Shown: in pieces, positions 1 through 10,688 of the stretch | Position numbering within the stretch: position 1 is the stretch's first letter | How the letters are laid out: each line of letters starts with the position of its first letter | NCBI GenBank assembly: GCA_000165425.1 | Contig: CT868640.1 | Span: 191,142-255,141 of the forward strand | Direction of reading: 5' to 3' | From: Paramecium tetraurelia | Taxonomy: Eukaryota | Length of the DNA stretch: 64,000 bases | Notes under the pieces: model-generated | Databases searched by the model: none | Told to the model about the DNA's origin: nothing | What the model saw: only the letters and a program-made list of their open reading frames with translations | Made by a program: the position numbers and the translations under genes

Positions 1-51
1 GTAGACTAAAGTCGAAGAGTAAATGAAATGTTTATAGTTTGTTATTTTCAT
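1..51 (-). CDS. Possible 5' end of a gene running off the window edge (MKITNYKHFIYSSTLVY...)
   Basis: Minus-strand ATG at 51 in AT-rich context with an open frame to the edge; only 17 codons visible. Confidence 0.3.
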   Translation of the reverse strand, partial: MKITNYKHFIYSSTLVY

Positions 52-64
52 TAATATTTATTAT

Positions 65-1611
65 ATGAGTAAAAGAAATAACAGTCTTACGGATAGAAAG
101 AAATCCAAAGGCAAATTAAAGACAGCAATATCGTAAAGAAAAAATTCTGACTCCTAAGAGAATAATTTCTATTCTGAATTCCAAATTTTCTATTCCCAAG
201 CTTAGAACAACACTTTTACGAAGTTTGAATACATGAAAGAGTTTTTTCATCTAGGTCTCACCGAATTTCCGACTGATGAGGAAATCAATTAAATATAACT
301 AGAGATCCTAACAACTAGTGGATGGAATTCTAATCTAAAGAAAAACTGGACCCTAAATGAAAAGAAAGTACTCATATGGCTCATCGGGAAACTTAGTCAA
401 TTTAGAAATGAAGATTTGAGAGATTTATCTGCTGAACTTTTTGAGGAAGTTTCAAAAATGATTTGTCGTAGAGATAAGGAATCATGCAAATAAAAATGGT
501 CTTAAATGTAAAAGATCGCATTGCAATAACAACCTTTTAGACCTGAAGAAGATAAAAAGTTATATGAAATAATTATGCGCTATTAATCTATCGATTAGGG
601 GTAAAAGTGGAGTCAAATTTCACAAGAATTAAATTAGAATTCAACTGTTTATCGCTCTAGCAAATAGTGTCGTGAAAGATGGTTAAATAATCTCAACCCT
701 AAAATTTTGAAGTATCATTAATTTAACACTTATTATAGGGAACCATGGACAGATGAAGAAGATATCCAATTATTAATGACAGTCAAAGAATTGGGTAGAA
801 GATGGGCAGAAATTTCTAAAGTTATGGATGGAAGAAGAAGCGAGAATAATTTAAAAAATAGGTTCAATAGTTTAATAAAAAGAGAAAAAGATTTGCCTTT
901 TCTGTAAGGCTTTGATATTTTATAATTAGATAAACTTAAAATGGATCAACCAATAACTTGGATGAGTTATTGTCAGGCTGCAATGGCCCTGACATCACAG
1001 ATCTACAAAAATAAGTGATAGACGCTGTTTTGGCTAAGTTAAAGTGGAGAAATTCAGAAACCTAAAATAAAATCAATCATTAAAAATCAGACGATATTTA
1101 ATAGAATTAAAATGAAAAGTCAACATTTTAATATACCATTGGAAATATTGAATAAGAATAAAACATCTAAAGATTAACTCCTTGCTTAATAAATTTAGAT
1201 AAAAACATCATCTATTTTTGTACTTATGAAATTCTAGAGTAATTTTAAGACTTGCATCAATACAAACAGCAATAATAATTCAAAGATCACTTCCATAGAA
1301 TTAAAAGTGAATTACATATCTTTGATGCTGGATTCCCAAATTTCAAATCCACTCTAAGTATGATAGAAGAAATTGAAGATTCTTAAAGAAGCCATTTAAA
1401 TCTTTATCCCAATGATATAGATGGTTTTTTTAATCTCGAAGTACCTGATATATTTTCTAAACCTGCTCATGTAAATCCTATCGAAATCATAACTCAATCA
1501 GCCATGAAATACATCCATAGATGGAAGACTGAGAGTCAACTCAATTATAGACGTAGAAATAGTGTCACAATACCAAGATCGTTGCCGAATTTGATATAAA
1601 TTTAATCGTGA
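65..1611 (+). CDS. Myb-like DNA-binding protein (three Myb-type repeats)
   Basis: Code-6 translation: KNWTLNEKKVL, RDKESCKQKW, KWSQISQEL..RSSKQCRERWLNNLNP, EPWTDEED..GRRWAEISK..RSENNLKNRF; introns 712-738 and 904-929; TGA 1609-1611. Confidence 0.9.
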
Positions 1612-3372
1612 AAGACTTCCATATTTAATTCTATCTTTATCATAACTTTGGCAGTTTTAATTCTTGACAAAGTACAGTTAAACTTATATTGTTTAGCATT
1701 CTGCAGAATTCTCATTTTCTATTGAACCATTTATTTCTAATCACACCAAAATATTTGATATTTAAAATTAGTTAGATCAAAGCAATATAGAAGTTACATT
1801 TTATTTTAGTATGAATAGTTAAATCTTAGTAGAATTCAATTTATTTTCTTTAAACCTTGTACCATAGTTAGTTTATTTAAACTGTTATTATAATTTTCAT
1901 AATCATATATATTATTCCTCATATGATTTTCTCTAATTTATTTTATGACAATTATATAATATTATTTAAATAATTATTTAGAACGTTTTAAGAAATTCAC
2001 TGATCGTACAATTTTGTTATTCTCCTTAATCAAAGACAGGATTCAATAGATAAAAATTGATTCAAAATTCTTTAATTTATTCTCCAATAATCAAATAGCT
2101 GAATTCAAAAAAGATAGAAAACCCAGTGATATCATAAAAATCTAACATCTTAATTGCTGTTCTTTCAACCAAATTAAAGAGCTAGGACTTTCAACAAATT
2201 TGATGAATTGAGAGAAGTAGAATAAATAGAGTTAAGAAAATTATTGTATCTGAGAAAATTTTTAAAGAGAGTTAAAATTGAAAAGGTACAAATTTTGTAT
2301 CATTCTAAATAGTTTCTAAGAAATTACCAAAATATGGATTATCAGAGTGAATGAGATGATGTATTTAAATTCAAATAAAATATAACTTTTAATCCTAAGC
2401 TTTAGTGGGGAATTTTTCTTAATATCTTAATAGTTTTGTAACTTAGAAGTTAATCAAGATTTGAAATTTAAAACTCTTAAATTAAATCTTTATTTCGAAT
2501 GGAAGTCACTGTTTAAGGATCAAAAGTTATATTTAAAATCATTCGTAGGATCAATTAATAAAGTAGGTAATAATATTTGCAATTCTTGAAGTAATTTACA
2601 TTTTCGGTTTGTAAAATGGTTTAAGAAAAGGTTAAAGACATTGTTAGACATCGTACCTCAATCATTATATAAGCTTTGAAAACATTAGGCATTTTAAATA
2701 TGGCAGAGAAATCGACGTTATTTCCAAATTCTAATTCTGGGTTGTAGCCTTAAGCGGAGCGATTTATTGATTTTTATGGAACTAATTTGGGTTATCAGCA
2801 TAGATTAAGGAAACTTATGAAAATATAAGAAGGCTGCAAGAATTTTAAACTGTTTCTGAAGTTAGAGAGATTTTGCTTGTTAAAAAGCATGTGATAAGAA
2901 GGTTATGTTGGATATTAAATATTAAAAGAAAATGCATACTGTTAAAAATATCATCTAATTTATTTTTAATTTATTCATTGTTTTAGTATTCTATTGAAGT
3001 TAAATCTAAAATCTTTATCCATTAAAAATAAGTGAAGTTTAATCATAAGTTCATTTAATTGCATTTTTAGATTCAATGATGATTAATAATTTTTTGAATT
3101 AATTAATATTTTCTCCAAAATATCATTGTAATAAAGAATAGCTTTTAGTTTATTTTCAGAATTTCTCTTATTACTACAGTTGAGCTATGTCAGATGACAA
3201 ATGAACTTGAGAAATCATTACTAGAATCATCAAGCTTATATATAATAAAATAAATTCTTTTGAGCAATTATTTTATCACTTACGTAATTTTGCTTCGCAT
3301 TAATTTTGTATTTTTATAGATTTTAAAAAAAAAATACAATAAATAAATCCCTAACAATTTGAACATAAAAAA

Positions 3373-4490
3373 ATGTCTCTTCATTCCTCATTTGGCTATG
3401 ATAGCCTTCGAACAATTATTTTTGCTAAAGCAATAAAAGAATGTGAAAGTAATATTTAATTATACAGTAATAGAAATTTAAAATGAACATTATTTATTTG
3501 AGAGTAGTTCTGATATTAAGAGTAGCATCTCTTCGGATTCAGAAAAACACTTATTTGATAAGTATTTCATTAAATCTATTCATTAGGGAATTTATTATGG
3601 AATCTCCTGAATCCTTAATGACATTCAATAATCAATAATTTTCTCTCTCTTAATTTAATACTCAACAATGATTAAACAATTATTTGTATAACATATACAT
3701 ATAAGATCAATTTCAAATATAATATATATTTTCTAGTTGATGCTGAAAAACTTTTCGAACTTAATTAATGACTTAGTTTTGTTCAACTTTGTTAATAGAA
3801 TTTTAAGCATTTTTTAAGTTAAAAATTCTAGATGAAATTTAATTAGAGATTATAATTCTGAATATTGAATTCTTCTAAATAACTTTGTTTTCTATTTAAT
3901 TATATTAGCAAATAGAAGAAATAATTTAGCAAACGGTAATGAAACTTATAAAAATGAGCATTCTTTTTATATTAATGCATCTAATTTTAATTAGATTGTT
4001 TCTTCATCATGTATATGATTAAAATTTTGTATTTTTTATTATTAAAATTATAGAATCTAAATAATCACATGTTTATTATCTTAATTATATGATCTCCAAA
4101 TTTTAAATTTACCACCTCTAAATGAAGGAGAACTTATAATTTATAGATAATACACATTACAGAGATACAAAGAATTTTAAAATAATGTAATAACAATATC
4201 GCAAAATTTACTTATTAGAATTTTTCAATTTTTGTTAATAGAATTAAACTAGATATAGTCATATTTTTTTATAAGTAAACCTTAGATGAAACAATTTTAA
4301 GAGATTTACAAACACAATAAAAAATTTCCCTTTTTCAAAATATGTTTTTTATGATTGAATAATGAATGGATTTCATGAGAGTTTAAAAGTAGCTAATGTC
4401 TTTCAGAATAAAAAGAATTTGAACCAAATTTAGAAGATGTTGAAAACCTTCAAATAGAATATTATTTTATAATCGTTTGATATAATTTAA
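3373..4490 (+). pseudogene. Probable decayed gene of unknown family
   Basis: ATG plus two intron-like GTA..TAG segments, then TGA near 3669; downstream coding-like sequence cannot be joined into one frame. Confidence 0.3.
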
Positions 4491-4512
4491 TTAAAAAATA
4501 GACATATAAATA

Positions 4513-5896
4513 TCAGAACAATTTCTTTAAGTTTTTAAATTCTTACTGCAAAATAGATGTAGAACTATGATCGCTCTTTGTATTCGTAGTATTGTTAGAA
4601 TATCTATGACTAGCATGAGAACTGGTTTTTCTATGACAAGATGGAGTTGACAATCCATTTAATTCAGTTTGTAATTTAATCACCATTTTGATTGATTAAA
4701 TTAATTCTCCATCTTAATCCTTTGTTTAATTTAACTATTTCATTTTTTAATATAGTGCTTGTGGCTAAACATTTTTATTTTTAATGACCATTAAAGTATC
4801 TTTTTCTAATTTTTATAAACTCTTTTGTATAATTTAGAAATATTATGCAATAATTTATTCTGAACTTTCATTATTGATACTACTATTTTGATTGACATTA
4901 TTAATAATAGATGTATTATTAGTAGTTAACTATTTATTAGGTACTCCAGTTGCACTTCTTTTGTGTCGAGATGGTTCAGTGATTTCTTTTTGTATTTCCT
5001 TTTGAAATAAGTTTTCTTTAACTTCTTGAGTGTATTTTTTATCGTCTAAATAAAATGGCTTATCTTTTAGAGGTTAAAATTGAAGTGGATTCTGGGGTTA
5101 TTTTTTATTATCAGTATTTTAGAAATTTATATGAAATTGGGATGCAAGGGGTGTAGAATAAGGACTGGCATTAGGAGTATTATTATTGGGTTTTAAGATG
5201 TCTTTATTAATTGTTTAAGTTTGTTAATTAAGTTCCTATTATTACTATTAATATTAGATTAATGTTTTTTAGATCTAAGATTAGAATTAAGATCCATAAG
5301 GTTGCTAATTCAATTGAACTTTGGAACGATCTAATAATTTCAAATATGAAAATACTGTCATCAAAGATCACAGCAACGGTGGCTGATTATTTGTGAATAT
5401 GACCAATAGTAGTATTACTTTGTTTAGGCTTTTCGTTCATCATTTTCATCGCATTGTTGGTTTAAGTCAATAATTCTGACATTTTTTATTGAGCCGTGCT
5501 TTGAACTTTGTTTGGAATATCAAAATTAGAATACCTTCTGCCATTTTTCGAATCATTTTATAATTAACTCTATATGTAGATGAGCAGATACCTCATTTAG
5601 AATCTCTTTATCCATTTCACTCGAGTCTGTAATCAGATTCAACTCGTTGTTTTCCATGAGGAGATTATTGATATCATAGGTATGAGTGACTTTGCGACAT
5701 AAAGGACATTAAATTCTAAACTTATTCTGTATTTAACTAAAATACAAATTCAAATTTTCTCTTACCTTGTATTTTCTTGAATGGAGATATTTTATGCGCA
5801 TTTGAAACAAAGTGTATGAGAGCAAATTAAGGAGATAGGCTTCATGGCTTACATCTTACACAGTTGGCAATGAGAGATCGATATCCTTTAATACAT
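4513..5896 (-). CDS. C3HC4 RING-finger protein with long Q/N/S-rich tail
   Basis: N-terminal CQLC..ICSHTLCFKC...CPLCRK; short introns near 5730-5765 and 5570-5590; TGA 4513-4515. Confidence 0.8.
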
Positions 5897-5933
5897 ATTT
5901 AATTAACTGATTATTTATATAATTAAAATCTAC

Positions 5934-7515
5934 TCAGTTACCATAGATATTTACTATTTTATCAACACTGCAGCTATAGATATATTTGCTTAATTGTCCA
6001 AATCTAAAAATTCATGCAATTACATACCTAATACTAGTGACAACATCCCTATGACTCTCAATATTGAAGAATTCTTATTTTTTCTTGACATCGAAGAAGT
6101 GAATAGTCTTGTTACTGCCAATAGCTAAAAACTATCCTGATGGATCATATGAAATTGCACCTAAATTTCAATTTAATAATCAAACCTATCTTTTGATCTT
6201 GATGAATCTTTTAGAATTAGCCTGGTTTTCTTAAATCCCATTCATTAACTTCAGTGCTACTACTCGAGGCTAAATTAGCTCCACTCTCAGAGAATGATAG
6301 ATTTGTGACAGCTCCCTAAAATGTTACTACTAAATATTACATTTTGTCCTTCAAATTGGGCTAACTATTGGCTTTTTACTATATTCCAAACCTTAATTTA
6401 GGAATCCGCTTATCCAATAGCCAATAACAAACCATCAGGATGAACAGTTACACAAGTGAATTGACATTACCCCTCAAAATCAGTTACTCTACTCAATTGT
6501 TATCCACTTTTCAAATTATAATATGCCAATAATCCATTGTTGGTAACTATAATAGCAATATATCCAATTGGATGGATTGCAACTCCAGTAATACTTGAAC
6601 CAATGTTAATTGTCTGAGCAACTTAACCTTCCTGAGTCTGAGAGTTGAATTAGTAAATTTTGAGGTTTCCATCTAATGAAGCTGAAACAAATCTTATATG
6701 CTCATCATAAGTAAAGAAATTCACTGAAGTAATATTTTAAGTGTGTTCTGAAACTTAATAAACCAATTTTTCTTGAGAATACAACTAGACCTATCCTGCC
6801 AATCCACCTACTACTACATAATTTCCTTATGTATCCAATGTAGTGCCTCCTTAAGTTTATTAGTACTATTGTTTTACATCATAAGTTGAGAGAATCTAGA
6901 TAATATGGATCTTATACTTCAGGGCCTGGGAATTAATCGAAATATGACTGCTACTTTCTTTGAACCTTTCTTTAATTGGTTAATTTAAGCGCATTTTCTT
7001 CAATTTCAGCAACATAATTGGATGATAACTTCTCAGGAGCATTATTTGCTTCTACTTCAATTTTATGATTTAATTTGTGCTATAATTATGCCAATTCTAT
7101 TCTAGCTTGATCTCTTTCTTTAATTAATTTAGCAATCACACGACAAGCAGCATCATGCTAATACAAAGCATGAGTCAATTCATGTCTAACTTATTCTAAA
7201 TGCTATTTTAATTAAAATTATTCCAATAATAATGCATCCCATTCATTTTATAACAATGACAATAAGGATGGTATAGATGTAGCTGTTACTGGTCTTGGTT
7301 TCTACACTCTTGACACTTTCACCTATAATCGTCATAGATTTCTATACTTCGATCAGATCCTCTATATTCAATGGTCTTCCTGTTATTGGACATGTGCCTG
7401 TACTCTCTATGTGTTTTTCAATTAATCTCTTTTCGTATATGTGTCCACTCACTTTGGATATTACCGGAGTCTCTATTAACTCTCCAGATAGAGCACAAGT
7501 TTACCAGGATTACAT
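5934..7515 (-). CDS. PRP19: Pre-mRNA-processing factor 19 (U-box, coiled coil, WD40)
   Basis: TCALSGELIETPVISKVSGHIYEKRLIEKHIESTGTCPITGRPL U-box; [48 protein letters not shown]; WD repeats. Confidence 0.95.
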
Positions 7516-7552
7516 ATTATGATATTTATTTATTTGAATATTTAATTAAATT

Positions 7553-8112
7553 ATGTTCAAGAAACTAGAGGATCTTTCCAAACCAACATTGCTATCCAAA
7601 ACTGGAGTGAAGGAATTAAAGCAATCATTAACTGATCAATACCCTTTTTTCAAGGAAGTCGAGGATGAGATTTTTCCTAAAAAAGCCAATATCCAATCAT
7701 TTAAGCTGAGGAGCGAATACAAAGTTGAAATAGTCTAAGTTGATAAAGATTATGCTTGCTTCACTAAAGAAAATCTAGTCATTCCACATTTGAGATTAGT
7801 CCACAAATTTCCAGATCTCTTAATCAAATAATAAGTTGATGCAGGAGCAATTAAGCATATTTTAAGCGGTTCCGATGTTTTAGCTCCAGGATTGATGTCT
7901 TAAGGAGGGCAACTAAATCAAGTATGATACCACTTTAAACTTAGGCATAAAAAGGATAGGTCATAGCCATATATGGAGAAGGCAAAGAGAATGCTATTGG
8001 AATAGGCATTATGAATGCAAGTTCTGATCAAATTAAAGCAGATCCAAAAGGCCATGCAATTCAATTGCTACATAATTTAGGCGATGCCTTGTGGTAATTA
8101 AGTTTCAAATGA
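7553..8112 (+). CDS. MCTS1: MCT-1/Tma20 PUA-domain translation re-initiation factor
   Basis: IPHLRLVHKFP, QVDAGAIKHILSGSDVLAPGL, GEGKENAIGIG, KGHAIQLLHNLGDALW; intron 7922-7944. Confidence 0.92.
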
Positions 8113-8154
8113 GCTAATTATTTGTCTATCTATATATATTGTACATATAATATA

Positions 8155-8537
8155 TCATTATTATTTTGTAATTTCAGTCTTAAGGTTATCAAAGGAATCG
8201 ACTGGGACATATTGAGCAAGTGTATAGTACTTACCCTTTCCATCATCTTCCTCCTTCTTCTTTCTTTGTAATCTTACTCTTATTCTTCTTGGCAAATTAC
8301 GAATTCCTCTTGCCCAAACTGCTTCATTTAATTGTGGATCAATTCTGACATCCTCAGTTAACATGTTCTTTTAGGCTAGATAGTGCATGATTTAATACCA
8401 AATCTGACAATGTGACTGACTGCTCTAGGTGCCTTTCTTTTAAATGTTTCTTTGTGAACTGCCTTATGGAGATTGATGGTGTAATCTCTGCTTACTTCGC
8501 CCAATGGATTAGGCTTTCCTTTTTCCTTCTTTCCCAT
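8155..8537 (-). CDS. RPL31: 60S ribosomal protein L31 (eL31)
   Basis: [56 protein letters not shown]; one intron near 8376-8398; ends TAA TAA TGA. Confidence 0.97.
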
Positions 8538-8578
8538 AAATTAAAAATCTTTAAAAATATTTTTTAAAAGTAATTCGA

Positions 8579-9218
8579 TCACACTGCAAACTTATGCTTG
8601 GTTCCGTTTGCTTTAAAATGTCCTATTCGAGTGTTAAAGAAACTGCGCATGGCCATAGTGCTCTCCATCCACATCGATTGTGAAGCTCTGTTATGAGTAA
8701 CCATCAATTGATCGGATTATGATTTATTGTAGCGTTCATCACTCTCATTATTATTAACCTTAAGTATTTTTAGACAAATTTATTTTTACTTTTTTCAAGA
8801 TAGACTGTAAATACATATTCTTTCTTTTCAATTGCAAAATAGTATTTAATTGAGCACTTGAGTAAGCTTTTTGAGGGATTGTAGGTTATTGTGGGAGAGC
8901 AGTCAATCTTAATTTTAATTTAGACACTGTTAAGAGCTGAGGAGGAGGGAGAGGCTGTTTGAATTACTTTTTAACATACAACTTGCCTAGAGAATTCGAG
9001 CTAAGGCTTCCTTATTCGCAGTGGACTGAATTGATTGGAGTTCGAGTTTTCGGTGTCTTATTTATTTTCTTAGGAGATGGTTTTCTTTCAGATGAGAGTG
9101 TTTTCGTTTAGCAAGGTTCCTCTGCTATGACCGAATTATTCTTGGGTTTCAAAATTCCTTGAGATTCAAATGATGTGTCAATATCCCAACCCTTTATTGT
9201 TTCTAACTTTTATTACAT
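8579..9218 (-). CDS. Hypothetical protein
   Basis: MQQKLETIKGWDIDTSFESQGILKPK... open in code 6 after removing two short introns; TGA 8579-8581. Confidence 0.6.
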
Positions 9219-9301
9219 ATAATATTTTTTATATCAAAAATAATACAATAAACATTCATTATAATAGATCCAAATTCTAAATTTTAGAAAGTAATTAATT
9301 C

Positions 9302-9796
9302 TCAATGTTTTGGATACTTCAGTGTAGACAATATTTCTGGATCATGCGTGGCCAAAAACAGCTTCTTTATATATTTCAACACAATCTCCATATTCCCGAT
9401 CTTTTTCGACTTCAGCAAATCATCAATTATTTGGAAACTGCAAAAATATTCAGAGCAGATCTTCTTGGCTTCTGAATTTTGCAATAAAGTCTTGAAATCC
9501 TTACGCGTATAGTTTTTCCTCGAATTCCCTTTTTAAATGAACTTTTTTATTGCCAAATTATACTACAATTCTTTTTGATGATTTTTTTCTAAAAATAAAT
9601 ACTATTATCTACTTAAATAATTCTTCAACAACACCCCTATATTTTTGGGAATGTTTTTTGTTTCGTTTTAAATTTTAGCCTCCCCATCGACTATTACCTC
9701 ACCATCTGAAACCCTAGTCTCAATATTAAATTCCTATTTTAGAAGGAAATCAAAACAAGGGGCACTTGAGTCATAATACCAAGAATCTTAACTCAT
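9302..9796 (-). CDS. Hypothetical protein with ETKNIPKNIG motif
   Basis: Open frame MSQDSWYYDSSAPCFDFLLKQ...QNETKNIPKNIGVLLKNYL...YIKKLFLATHDPEILSTLKYPKH; TGA 9302-9304. Confidence 0.7.
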
Positions 9797-10688
9797 TAAT
9801 TTAAATATAATCATATGTTTTTATAAAGATTGAAATTTCTTAAATTTAAATTCTACATCCTGTGCATCAGTTTTTGATAATCCGGATCATTTAATTAATG
9901 ATATATATATTTAATTTTAAATATTGTTTATGTTTATTTATTAAGCGTCATCTTAATACATCTATCAATTATAATAATTTAATCAACTCTACAAAATTTA
10001 TAAAACAAACATGAACCTTCAAAAGCACTGATTTCCCAACTACGAAGAACAATTTGCTTGAATTGTAGGAGAAAATTCAAAAAAAATAATAATACTTATA
10101 TATTTAAATAGTATTCCTTTTTCACTTTGATATTCAATTATTATTTACAGGAAAGCTATTATTAATAACATACTTGTCTCAAATATCACATATATGATAT
10201 AAAATTCTTAATAAGTGCATATTACTTTCAAGTAAAACTGAATCTCAAGGAAGGAAATCATAGGTCCAAAAAACAGCAAAATTTAATGGCATTTGTTGTA
10301 GCTTGAGAAATTTGATTTATTTTTAGCTGAAATATAATTAAGGGTTTGAAGAAGTCTATGATGATTTAGTTTTACAACTTGAGCGTGTTCTAAATTAAAA
10401 ATTTACTACTAGTATTAGTAATATAAGGATAATTTAAGTCATCGAACCTCAACAACTACTTTGGTGATTTCATTGGCTATAAGTCTTCGATTATTGTATT
10501 GCAAATATATATATTGAATGATTACTTTAAATAGAATAATTTAATAAATTTAACTTTGATAGTTGTAACCCTATTTTTATTTTCGATTCACTCTAATGTT
10601 TCAAATATATAAAACTAAGGCATTAATAATAATAAGATATTGGTAAATGCAAGATACAAAATAAAATAATAATAATTATGTAATAGTT

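Noticed and set aside
7295..7568. Short track ORFs such as 7295, 7371, 14749, 16842, 22278, 24504, 54536 and 55638
   Set aside because: Antisense or off-frame to well-supported genes; artefacts of translating with TAA/TAG as stops
8155..8163. Several genes end TAA-TGA (8155, 30213, 37034, 58238), suggesting relic or context-dependent stops
   Set aside because: Four of about 32 genes is close to chance given how frequent Gln codons are here
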